DNA of 64,000 bases, taken from Patescibacteria group bacterium (lineage in GTDB: Bacteria > Patescibacteriota > Minisyncoccia > 2-02-FULL-40-12 > GWA2-44-9). The DNA is taken from NCBI GenBank assembly GCA_038064515.1, contig JBBTSY010000004.1, forward strand, positions 96,585 to 160,584, in the 5' to 3' direction. The position numbers and the translations under genes are program-made. This document shows positions 29,084 to 38,199 of the stretch, in pieces (the stretch's first letter is position 1; each line of letters opens with the position of its first letter). The notes below the pieces were generated by a model, which saw only the letters and a program-made list of their open reading frames with translations, made no database searches and was not told the origin of the DNA.

Positions 29084-29804
29084 TTATTGAAACGGCCGGG
29101 TCATACGGACCCGGCCAGACCCTTGAGTTGGGTCAAGTACAACTGTGCCAAATCGTGCCGTAAGAACTGGTTTGCCGGCAGGTGCCCGTCCCGAGATGTA
29201 TCGTTGGATCTCCAGCAGGTTGGTCGCTGTGCCCTTCCCAGACTCGTCCGAGGTGTCCACGTACAACGACTGCCCCGGACCAGGAAGCTCGAAACTGAAG
29301 GTCGAAGATGTTGGTGCCAGTCACATTTCCTTTCGCCCGGACTTCCGCCATTCGCTTCTTGATACGCCGCTCCAAGGTTGTGGCGTTACAGAAGAACGTA
29401 ACGACTCTGAGCGAAGTCAGAAAGTCGGGACACTCTTGACCCTTGCCGCGCAACTCCTGAGCCATGCTCATCAGGTGCAGGTGAGCGTCAGTGACCGCAC
29501 CCGTTAGTGGTCGCCAGTGGTCCAGGACGGTTTTGATGACCATCTCCAGCATCACTGGCTTGCGTTCGACAACCAGAATCCGTTTGATCTCCAACCACAC
29601 CGCCTCCTGGAACAGACGGATTACCGGCTGAGTCACCGGCCCGTCCCCCAACATCTTGCCTCGGAAAGAATCCGCGGAGACGGGAGCGAAGTCGGCCAGG
29701 GCGTGCTGGGCCTGGAGCAGGGAAATGTAGTGCGATTTCCCTGCGTAGGAAAGTCCGGACATCACGGCAACCGGCAGGTTCTGCACTACGGACATAGACA
29801 CCAC
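29084..29804 (-). pseudogene. AAA_33-like P-loop kinase, frameshifted near 29293
   Basis: GLSYAGKS Walker A and LERRI lid. The C-terminal FELPGPGQSLYVDTS continues in another frame to TAA at 29084. Confidence 0.6.
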
Positions 29805-29913
29805 CTCTCACAAGATACAGGTTAAAGGAACAAAATACTATACCACACTGTTATTTTATTGCAACCTCGCGCAGTTGCTAAAAGTCTGGTTTTTTGGTCT
29901 AATAACTTCAATC

Positions 29914-30192
29914 ATGCATGTTACTACTGTTTTCAATTGGCTATCTATCGCCGCACTGGGATTTATGAGCTGGGGCATCATAGGTCAGTGGCTCAAGATA
30001 CGCCACCGTACAAGCATTGAGGAGATAAGCCTCCGAGAAGTCACCATTCGCTGGACGGTTACCGTAGTGCTCTTGGTCAAGATCATCCTGGTGAAGGACC
30101 CCTACCTTATTGCAGGGCAGCTTTTACTCCTGGCCGGCATTTCACTCTACTTTGGTACGCTCGTCATTATCAAAAATCGCCATCATGAGTAA
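29914..30192 (+). CDS. Small 3-TM PQ-loop/SemiSWEET-like protein
   Basis: GQWLKIRHRTSIEEIS, KDPYLIAG; three hydrophobic helices; overlaps the neuA start. ORF track start 29875. Confidence 0.55.
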   Translation: MHVTTVFNWLSIAALGFMSWGIIGQWLKIRHRTSIEEISLREVTIRWTVTVVLLVKIILVKDPYLIAGQLLLLAGISLYFGTLVIIKNRHHE

Positions 30193-30919
30193 ACAAAAAA
30201 TAATCGCTGTTATCCCTGCCCGGGGCGGGTCAAAGAGTATTCCCCTGAAAAACATCAAAAAGTTCTGTGGCAAGCCGCTTATCGCCTGGTCTATTTTGGG
30301 TGCTAAGAAAAGCAAATATCTCGACCGGGTTATTGTCTCAACCGACAGTACTAAAATTGCCAAAGTCGCTAAAAAGTTTGGTGCTGAAGTGATTATCCGT
30401 CCTCCGGAACTCGCCATCGACACCATCGGCATTGAACCGACCCTGAAGCACGCCTACGAAACACTTTTAAAAGACGAGAAATATAAAGCCGATGGGCTTG
30501 TCTTACTTATGCCCACGTCGCCTACCCGCCAGACATTCCATATTGATGACGCAATTAAAATTTTCAAAGATAAAAAAGCAGACTCGGTTATTGCCGTTAA
30601 TGAAACTCCGGCGAATCATACTCCCTACTGGACGCTCGTACGCTCCAAAAGAGGCAAAGTAACATTGTGGGGAAATATACCTTTGAAAAAGATCCCTACC
30701 CGGCGACAAGATTTTCCTCAGCAGTGTTATGCCCGCAATGATCTTATTTATGTATTGAAGCCGAAAAACCTCTACGACAAAGAGATCCCGAATCTCTACG
30801 GAGATAAGGTAGAACTTATGATTATCCCTGACCCCGAAAAATACGAAGCCGATATCAATACGCCCGGCGAGTGGCACGAAGCCGAAATGAAATTAAGAAA
30901 ATTACTCAAGGAGCACTAG
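30185..30919 (+). CDS. neuA: Acylneuraminate (nonulosonate) cytidylyltransferase
   Basis: IPARGGSKSIPLKNI, GKPLI, VSTD, RPPELA, LMPTSP.R, RRQD, DIN. Confidence 0.9.
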   Translation: MSKQKIIAVIPARGGSKSIPLKNIKKFCGKPLIAWSILGAKKSKYLDRVIVSTDSTKIAKVAKKFGAEVIIRPPELAIDTIGIEPTLKHAYETLLKDEKYKADGLVLLMPTSPTRQTFHIDDAIKIFKDKKADSVIAVNETPANHTPYWTLVRSKRGKVTLWGNIPLKKIPTRRQDFPQQCYARNDLIYVLKPKNLYDKEIPNLYGDKVELMIIPDPEKYEADINTPGEWHEAEMKLRKLLKEH

Positions 30920-30933
30920 AACCGCAGTACCTT

Positions 30934-32334
30934 TTAAAAAAACTTACCAATTCTTGGAAAAGGTAAATGCAAGCGATTTAAAATTATTTGAGCAATTCTC
31001 TTGCCCGCTTTCCCGTCGAGTTTATACATATGCCGCCCGATGGTCCTATGCCGCCCATCTTGATTGAGTTTCGGATTTTTTAAATATGCGTTTATCGCGG
31101 CAATCCATTCATCGGCGCTATACACCACTTTCGTACCTCCAAGCGCTACTAAACTGGCCAGACAATCCTCTTGATTGTAGCGTTTCACACTCTGAACGTA
31201 GGGTTTCTTTTCCCACCCGTCAAAGCTTATCAAAATTTGCGGTTTGTCGAATACGGTCGCATCCAAACCAAGCGACGTTGCTACATACATTACTATTTCG
31301 GAATAATATACGGAATTTCGAAGATGGTCATGCTCATCAGGACGAATCTCCGCACCTTTATAATCATCAGAACGAAGCTGGACGCCGGGAGTTTCAAAAA
31401 TAAACCTTGGATCATTATCGAATTTTGAGAAATCAGCAGGGTGATGAGGATGATTTCGAACAAGTATCTGCACATCCGGAAGATTTCCTGCATCCATTGC
31501 ATCTCTTAAAATCTGCGCGAGTTGCCAATCAGTATCCGAAAGGATGGAACCCGCTGGAGCAAATAAGAGCAACTTCTTTGAAGGGTCCGCACCAATATAA
31601 GCAAAAAACTCCTCACGCGAGAGGGTGGGACCCTCAAGCCACGTATCAAATTGAGGCAACCCTACAACCTGGATTTGTTCAGCATTGCAATCGTGCAGTT
31701 CAATGAGTTCTTCCTTTACCTTTGGACTTGGGCTTAGTATACTCGCGGGAATGACTCGAAGAACACCTTTTGTGGTTGTATTGTCCCAAGAACGAACCAT
31801 CCCAATAAGCGGAATGTTATTCTTGTGGGCTTCTCTATTAAAAAGAACATCTTGTTCACCAAAGATATCCGTAGAAAAGAAAACATACGGATTATATTTC
31901 TTGATAAATGGTTCAAAGATATTTCCAGGCGCAAAGACACTATTGAACCATCGATACAGCGTGCGTGAATAGGGCAAAGAACTTAGAATGGAGGCTGATA
32001 TCTTTAGTCTTTGATAGTTTAAGAACCCAAAAATCGTTTTATTGTTATAAAAATATTCCGCTCGCTGATCTCGAACATATTGAGTATTTTCAAGGAGAAA
32101 TGCGAGGCGATACCAGAATTTACTTTTTGAAGTACGGATAATCGGATCTAGGTCAAATCCCTCAATAATAACATTGGGGCCACCATAATATTTCTCGAAT
32201 AGTTCTTTTTTACTAGGAGGGGCAAAAATAATAATTCTCAAATCAGAATTTGCCCTCAAAATCTTCAATACATCGGTATTGAGAATATTTCGCGCAATAA
32301 AACCATGATAGGCGGTAATAAATAATGTTTTCAT
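30934..32334 (-). CDS. CDP-glycerol glycerophosphotransferase-like GT-B protein (candidate nonulosonate transferase)
   Basis: RSWDN, VGLPQFD, RNHP, DGKAGKRI; adjacent to neuA. Confidence 0.65.
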   Translation of the reverse strand: MKTLFITAYHGFIARNILNTDVLKILRANSDLRIIIFAPPSKKELFEKYYGGPNVIIEGFDLDPIIRTSKSKFWYRLAFLLENTQYVRDQRAEYFYNNKTIFGFLNYQRLKISASILSSLPYSRTLYRWFNSVFAPGNIFEPFIKKYNPYVFFSTDIFGEQDVLFNREAHKNNIPLIGMVRSWDNTTTKGVLRVIPASILSPSPKVKEELIELHDCNAEQIQVVGLPQFDTWLEGPTLSREEFFAYIGADPSKKLLLFAPAGSILSDTDWQLAQILRDAMDAGNLPDVQILVRNHPHHPADFSKFDNDPRFIFETPGVQLRSDDYKGAEIRPDEHDHLRNSVYYSEIVMYVATSLGLDATVFDKPQILISFDGWEKKPYVQSVKRYNQEDCLASLVALGGTKVVYSADEWIAAINAYLKNPKLNQDGRHRTIGRHMYKLDGKAGKRIAQIILNRLHLPFPRIGKFF

Positions 32335-33383
32335 TTTAATTTTGCATAGACCTCCAGGTAAGATTGTATCGCCTTACTCATAGTATGTTTTTTTGCCCAT
32401 TCATAGCTTGCATTGCTATATCTTTTCCATAGATCCATGTCCCCAACTAGCTTAAGCAATGCATCGGTGGTGGCTGATATATCGTTTTGTGGAACCAAAA
32501 GACCATTATACCCATCTTTTACAGCGTCCTCAATCCCATTTCCAAGTGTACCTATCACCGGCAATCCGGCCGCGGCTACTTCAAGAAAAACTAAACCAAA
32601 TCCCTCAAAATGATAGCCCTCGTTAATGGATGTCAGAAGAAATATAACAGCTTTTCGATAAAGCTCCTTTAGTTCTTCGTCCGAAATATTTTCCTTAAAG
32701 ATAACTCTTCCCTCGCCATCGTTTGTCTTGATAATATTTTTCAGTCGATGCATATATGCTTGATCCCTCTGGCTACCCACAATGACATATTGAAGATGCG
32801 GCAACTGCTTATACGCCTCTAAAAATGCCGGGATCGAGATATGATATCCTTTTCGAGCTTTTATAGCTCCCACGCTTAGTACGAGAGATCCTGACTGTGC
32901 TTCATGTGTTTGCCTAAACTTCTCCAGATTGATTCCGGGGTTAATAACTTTTGTTCGCAAAGTAGGAATAACTTTCAAAAGTTCTTGCTGCGTGAACTTA
33001 CTTATAGCAACGACGAAATCTGCCTTGTTTAAAGCCCATCGACTTATCCATTTCGTCTTCCAATGGTAAAGAGGCGCTATAGAATAGGTGCCTAGTGCTG
33101 TCAGAACAAATTTCTTATGTTCTGAATTTGCCAACGCAACGATCATCCCTGATTGGTTAAGATCTAGGGCGTGAATAATGTCGTATTTGGCCAGAAGAGG
33201 CCTCAAGCGCCATGCAGATTGAAATAATCGCCATCCTCGACTAAGTATACGAATTCCACTTTCATCTTCAGTATAGACGACTGTTTCATGTCCCGCCGCC
33301 TGAACCCCAGAAATTAAATCAGAGGCATATCTGCCCCACCCAGATTTTGGATTTATCGTGGATGTTAAATAGGCTATCTTCAT
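32331..33383 (-). CDS. GT4 glycosyltransferase
   Basis: SVGAIKARKG, EGFGLVFLEVAAAGLPVI. Confidence 0.92.
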   Translation of the reverse strand: MKIAYLTSTINPKSGWGRYASDLISGVQAAGHETVVYTEDESGIRILSRGWRLFQSAWRLRPLLAKYDIIHALDLNQSGMIVALANSEHKKFVLTALGTYSIAPLYHWKTKWISRWALNKADFVVAISKFTQQELLKVIPTLRTKVINPGINLEKFRQTHEAQSGSLVLSVGAIKARKGYHISIPAFLEAYKQLPHLQYVIVGSQRDQAYMHRLKNIIKTNDGEGRVIFKENISDEELKELYRKAVIFLLTSINEGYHFEGFGLVFLEVAAAGLPVIGTLGNGIEDAVKDGYNGLLVPQNDISATTDALLKLVGDMDLWKRYSNASYEWAKKHTMSKAIQSYLEVYAKLK

Positions 33384-34534
33384 TGCATTAAAAATTCTTT
33401 AATATTCTGAGCTCGTACACGCCAACTATAGCGCTCCGCGTCAGTACGCGCCTGCTCGGCTCTCTGTTGAGCTAATTCAGGGTTGGAAAAAATCTCTTCT
33501 ATCGCTTGCGTAATGGCTTTCGAATCGCTGGGTTTGACTAGAAATGCACTGGCTTCGCTAAGTACCTCCCGAATCGAGGGTAAATCCGAAGCAATAATAG
33601 GTCTGCGCGATGCCATATACTCAAAAAGCTTTAGTGGCGACATAAAGTGCGCGAAGTGAGGCTGATTTGGATATGCCATAACCAAAACATCAAGAGCTTT
33701 CAAATATTTCGGAATACTACCATGCGGCTGACGGCCCGCAAAAATTACTGCATCGGATGGGATGCCTAACTCTTTGGCAAGCCGCTGGGATTCCTCGACA
33801 TCCTCTTGAACTCCTCCGACGATCACCAGCTTGCTTTCTTTATGATTTTGGTGGAATGCGGAAAATCCATCCATTAAAAAATCCACTCCCTTAGACATGC
33901 CAAGCGTCTTTAATTGACCGACATAGCCTACTATCCATGCTTTTGGGGGCAGGCCGAGTTCCTTTCGCGCCTGCTCTTGAGTTATATCGATATCGAACTG
34001 CTCGATATCGACTCCGTCATGGGCCACCAGTATTCGATCCGGCGAAAATCCAAATTTAACAAATTCATCTTTAATACCTTGCGATATAACAACAATCTTT
34101 ATATCGATACTTAGAAATCTTCTATAGAAAAATTCTCGGCGATGAGCGAATCGATGTGCCTCAAAGAAAAGACCAGCTCGAAAAAAGCTAAGCAGATAAA
34201 GCGGTAGCTCCTCTCGCGAGTAGACAATTTCGGGATTACGTCTGAATGTATAAACTGCAAGGATGACAGCGGAAATCAAATTCTTGATGCCTACCGCCAA
34301 CTGGTCAAACTTTCCCGGTAAATGAAAATCGGGAGACCATAATCGTTTAAAAGTAAAAGAATGCTGAACTTGATAATACTCAAAGAAATCTTGATCAGTA
34401 TTTCTTCGATGAGGTGCTAGAAGAGTTACTTGTGATCCTGCATTGGCAAATGCTTCGCACATTTTCGCAATCTGAACACCGTAGGCCTTTTCGGTCGGCA
34501 ATCTAAGATTAACAATATAGAGCAAATTAGCCAT
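33380..34534 (-). CDS. GT4 glycosyltransferase
   Basis: HDGVD, SPLKLFEYMASRRPIIASDLP. Confidence 0.92.
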   Translation of the reverse strand: MANLLYIVNLRLPTEKAYGVQIAKMCEAFANAGSQVTLLAPHRRNTDQDFFEYYQVQHSFTFKRLWSPDFHLPGKFDQLAVGIKNLISAVILAVYTFRRNPEIVYSREELPLYLLSFFRAGLFFEAHRFAHRREFFYRRFLSIDIKIVVISQGIKDEFVKFGFSPDRILVAHDGVDIEQFDIDITQEQARKELGLPPKAWIVGYVGQLKTLGMSKGVDFLMDGFSAFHQNHKESKLVIVGGVQEDVEESQRLAKELGIPSDAVIFAGRQPHGSIPKYLKALDVLVMAYPNQPHFAHFMSPLKLFEYMASRRPIIASDLPSIREVLSEASAFLVKPSDSKAITQAIEEIFSNPELAQQRAEQARTDAERYSWRVRAQNIKEFLMQ

Positions 34535-35489
34535 TCACATTATTTGTGGGATCAAAAAGATTGAGCCAAGTTAATGCGGCCTTCCTATATTTCGCCCAGA
34601 AATCTGATTCGAGCATTACGTTTTCAAATAATTCCCGGGCCATCGGAATAATATCTTTTTTTGTTAATACCACCGCTTGTACGGCTTGCCAAACAGATTC
34701 ATTTTCTTCAATTCCCGGGGCCTCTTTCCTTAAATTTACAAGAAGGTTTGAAAGCTTAGTGTGTTGGATTGCCGGTTGACCCGAAAAGACAGCTAATCCA
34801 AGATGGTCAATAATTTTTTTTGCGAAAACTCCGCACCAAATATCATCAAAACGATCAAAAGGATAGCCTAATCCCTGAAGGCCAAAATACATCAGTGGAG
34901 CAATTTTTATGTTAAAAGCCACATTCATCCCGCACATTGGAAAAAAGTTCCACCTTGGTATCACCTGATCTTGACCATTAAATGGCAAGCCGGGTCTCGC
35001 AAGAGACATCACGGCATCATAATCCGGGTATAAATCCCAGAGACCATGACTCAAAATGACTTCCGACTTTCCCCTGATAAAATAAGGATAACCCCTAGTA
35101 TATTGATCACCGGTCGCAACCCAATTTAGATCAACCTGGCGATTCAAATTTTGAAAGTGATGAGAAACAAAAGATTCCTTATCTGCAGTTGGGTAGCAGT
35201 CATCATCGAGAACAATTACCCAATCAACATTTTGCCGATAAGCGACATATACTCCAAATGATTTAATAGCCGATGTTTTCCGGGGAATTATCCAGGAGTT
35301 ATCTCCGAGTTCAGCATCAATCTCCGAATGTGAAAAATGATTGGGAAAATATGCTCCAAGATCGCTCTTTCGAGGAAGATCCTCAACTATTATTAATTTA
35401 TCTCTATCCCAGCCCCAAGCTGAAATCCATTTTAAAAGATCAGCGGGCCTGATTGATGCCACAATTACTCGATATTCATCTCTTTTCAT
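34527..35489 (-). CDS. Reversibly glycosylated polypeptide (RGP)/GT75, UDP-arabinopyranose mutase-like
   Basis: LDDDCYP, TRGYPY, SHGLW..PDYDA, FPMCGMNVAF, MYFGL, RFDDIWCG..KKIIDHLGL, SNLLVNLRKE, in the same order as the plant RGP motifs. Confidence 0.85.
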   Translation of the reverse strand: MKRDEYRVIVASIRPADLLKWISAWGWDRDKLIIVEDLPRKSDLGAYFPNHFSHSEIDAELGDNSWIIPRKTSAIKSFGVYVAYRQNVDWVIVLDDDCYPTADKESFVSHHFQNLNRQVDLNWVATGDQYTRGYPYFIRGKSEVILSHGLWDLYPDYDAVMSLARPGLPFNGQDQVIPRWNFFPMCGMNVAFNIKIAPLMYFGLQGLGYPFDRFDDIWCGVFAKKIIDHLGLAVFSGQPAIQHTKLSNLLVNLRKEAPGIEENESVWQAVQAVVLTKKDIIPMARELFENVMLESDFWAKYRKAALTWLNLFDPTNNVNG

Positions 35490-35542
35490 ATAGATATCTC
35501 CTAAATTATTACCTCGGATAGTATGTTAATTTTAAGCAAACG

Positions 35543-36562
35543 TCAATTAAAAGAATTTTTTAAAATTTCCTTAGCTCTATCTCTTATTGTGTGTTCGGAT
35601 AAAACTTTATTATAGCCATTTCTGGTTATTCTTTCCCTTTCCTCGCGATTGTGTAAGTAATGCTCCACTAAGCTAGATAGCTCCGTTGCATTATGGAAAT
35701 AGACTATATCCTCTCTATCTAAAAATAACTCGGCTAATCCTTCTTTGTAGTCGCTTACGACCATGGCTCCGGAAATCATCGCCTCAAAACTTCTTAGATT
35801 TGGTCCTTGAGTTAGATCGTCTTTAACATGAATATTTACAACAATTTTACTTTTTTTATATATATCAAGCATCGCCTGGCCACGAATCTGTCCCTGGTAA
35901 AATTCCTTCAAAGAACTATCAGCCCATTCGGGAGTACCCCAAATTTTCAAATTGAAATTCTTAATCTCGGCAAGTACTTCCTCTCTTTCATGGTGACTAG
36001 CCAAGGTTCCTATAAAGGCTATATCGTGCTCCTTGTTTTCTAGAATATCTCGAATTGACTGACTATCCGACTTAAAGGCAGCCATCGGAAGGTAACAAAT
36101 ATTTTTAAACCCTTCCGATTCTAAGGCCTTCTTTGAATTATGGTCCATGACAAAGAATTGGTCATAATGCGAAGCAAATCTTTTTAATGTTCCAATATTC
36201 CACATTCCGTCAGGAAACCAGTTCACTGCTTTTACTCCATTGCGCCTAATTTCATCAACAGTTCGTACGGAAAGATGTTTACCTTTGATCACTACAAATA
36301 AATCTGGCTTGGAATTTTTTATGATTTTTAAGACTTTTGACTGCAATTTGGCTCTAGCTAATTTTATTAAACTTCCCAACAAAAAGGAGGCTAGATAATT
36401 ATTTACAAATTTTTGCGGTATTTGGTAAGGAATTTTAATATTAAATAAAGAATAGTATGTAAATAGAACTTCCGCATGATGACCTAAACTTTTAAAAGCA
36501 TCGGCGAGCGGCTTAGAAATTGCTTGCTCTTTAGTATCGTGAGTGGCAATTATAATTTTCAT
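35543..36562 (-). CDS. CgeB-like glycosyltransferase (Glyco_trans_1_2)
   Basis: NWFPD, IAFIG, YKKSKIVVN, NLRSFE, EHT..R; AT-rich. Confidence 0.82.
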   Translation of the reverse strand: MKIIIATHDTKEQAISKPLADAFKSLGHHAEVLFTYYSLFNIKIPYQIPQKFVNNYLASFLLGSLIKLARAKLQSKVLKIIKNSKPDLFVVIKGKHLSVRTVDEIRRNGVKAVNWFPDGMWNIGTLKRFASHYDQFFVMDHNSKKALESEGFKNICYLPMAAFKSDSQSIRDILENKEHDIAFIGTLASHHEREEVLAEIKNFNLKIWGTPEWADSSLKEFYQGQIRGQAMLDIYKKSKIVVNIHVKDDLTQGPNLRSFEAMISGAMVVSDYKEGLAELFLDREDIVYFHNATELSSLVEHYLHNREERERITRNGYNKVLSEHTIRDRAKEILKNSFN

Positions 36563-37470
36563 TTAATAATTTTGCTTAATACTTGCCTCGCCTCTGTTTC
36601 CCAAGATGGCATTTCATATCCTAAGGCTATGGCTTTTTGTACGTTAAGCCACATCTGCTTAGGCCGCCGAGCTATGTGGCCCGCAGAAGTTTCATCAACT
36701 GATATCTCGGTCACTTCGCCAGAAAAATGCGGGAAATGATTCCGTATCACACCCCATACTTCCGCCTTATTAACTACATTAAAACTTCCCAAGTGGATAA
36801 TACCGGGCCTGAAATTTCTTAGAAAATCAATAACAAGGTAACTGAAAGTCTTAGCGCTGATCGGATTAATAACTACATCGTTAAAAAGCGTAAAAGACCT
36901 ATTTTCGGCGGCAGCCCTCACAAACCACTGCACAAAACTGGGATGAGCTCCCTTGGGCCGAATACCAATAGGGTTTGCCCGAATAATAAGACCTTTTTTA
37001 TAGTTCAGCACCTCCTGTTCGGCTAGAATTTTGGTTTCACCATAGTAGTTTAGCGCTTGAGGTATATCTTCCTCTCGATAGTCACCGGTATCTCCAGAGA
37101 ACACCATGGGTGTAGATACATAGAGCAGAGGAGTATCGTATCGCTGGGCAAGCATTACTATATTCTTCGTTCCATCAACATTAATCCGATAGCATTCATC
37201 TCTGTTGAGCTCGCAGTAATTCACATCAGTAACGGCAGCACAGTGAATGATAGCGCTTATATTTTTATATTTATTTCTTACTTGCTCGACAGATTTAGAT
37301 GAAGAAATATCCAATTTCAGCCTTTCTATTCCTGGATTTAAAAGTTCTGGGTTAGAATTATAGGTCCCAATAATATTAAACTCCTCGCCTTTCAAGACTT
37401 TGCATAATTCAAATCCAAGCATCCCCGATGCTCCTGTAACCAAAATGGTTTTAGTGCGATTTTCGATCAT
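36559..37470 (-). CDS. dTDP-4-dehydrorhamnose reductase-like (RmlD family) SDR
   Basis: TGASGMLG, IHCAAVTDVNYCE, YVST..VFSG, NYYGETK. Confidence 0.85.
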   Translation of the reverse strand: MIENRTKTILVTGASGMLGFELCKVLKGEEFNIIGTYNSNPELLNPGIERLKLDISSSKSVEQVRNKYKNISAIIHCAAVTDVNYCELNRDECYRINVDGTKNIVMLAQRYDTPLLYVSTPMVFSGDTGDYREEDIPQALNYYGETKILAEQEVLNYKKGLIIRANPIGIRPKGAHPSFVQWFVRAAAENRSFTLFNDVVINPISAKTFSYLVIDFLRNFRPGIIHLGSFNVVNKAEVWGVIRNHFPHFSGEVTEISVDETSAGHIARRPKQMWLNVQKAIALGYEMPSWETEARQVLSKIIK

Positions 37471-37523
37471 GACTTGCGTTGCTATTCAATCCAATACAGC
37501 ACATCATAAGCGAATAACGAAGG

Positions 37524-38195
37524 CTAGATTTTATAGAGAATAGGAAATCCTGCGCATCCTCTAATTTCTTTAATCCTAAATCCTATTTGCTTCGCCCAAA
37601 TTCTAAAATCCGTAATAGTCCAAAATCTCACATGTTCGCGGGGATGAAGCTTCGGAAGATAGGGAAAGCGACCGAATAAAAGTTTAAACCGAAACCATAG
37701 ATACCCTAAATTTGGCGTCGTGATGATAATTCCCTGTTTATAATGCGTTCTCATTTTTAAAAGCACTTCTTCGCAATCTCTGACATGCTCTATAAACTCC
37801 GCCATGATTATAAAATCATAATTTCCCGGTAAACTAAACTGTTCACTCGTAACGTCGTCCTGAAGCGCTTTTAATCCGATCTTTTTTATACTAGCAACAG
37901 ATACGGCTGAAGAATCTACGCCTACACTATCGTGATTTATCAGATTAAGACTCAATAAGAAACTTAATAATTCCCCTCCACCTGCCCCGATATCAGCTAC
38001 ATGAAAGCTATCGGATCTTGTTTTCTTTAATTGCTTCTTCAATAAGGCAACGATTATGTTAAACCGGTTTCTAAATTGGTCCTTATCTCGGCTCCAAAAT
38101 TTATCCCAATCCTTCTCAAGATAGAAATTTTTACGGGTAAATGTATAAGCAATCTCTTGTTTAAGATAACGAAGGAATCCTTTTATTTTTTTCAT
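37524..38195 (-). CDS. Class I SAM methyltransferase (MetW-like), probably truncated by a premature TAG
   Basis: DIGAGGG, EFIEHV, TTPN, HVRFWT; paralog-like tail PSLFAYDVLYWIE continues past the stop. Confidence 0.78.
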   Translation of the reverse strand: MKKIKGFLRYLKQEIAYTFTRKNFYLEKDWDKFWSRDKDQFRNRFNIIVALLKKQLKKTRSDSFHVADIGAGGGELLSFLLSLNLINHDSVGVDSSAVSVASIKKIGLKALQDDVTSEQFSLPGNYDFIIMAEFIEHVRDCEEVLLKMRTHYKQGIIITTPNLGYLWFRFKLLFGRFPYLPKLHPREHVRFWTITDFRIWAKQIGFRIKEIRGCAGFPILYKI

Positions 38196-38199
38196 GAAA

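Noticed and set aside
37467-37526. Genome-wide stop-codon reassignment
   Set aside because: TAG, TGA and TAA all terminate well-conserved genes at expected positions (for example secA TAG and several GT4 TGA).
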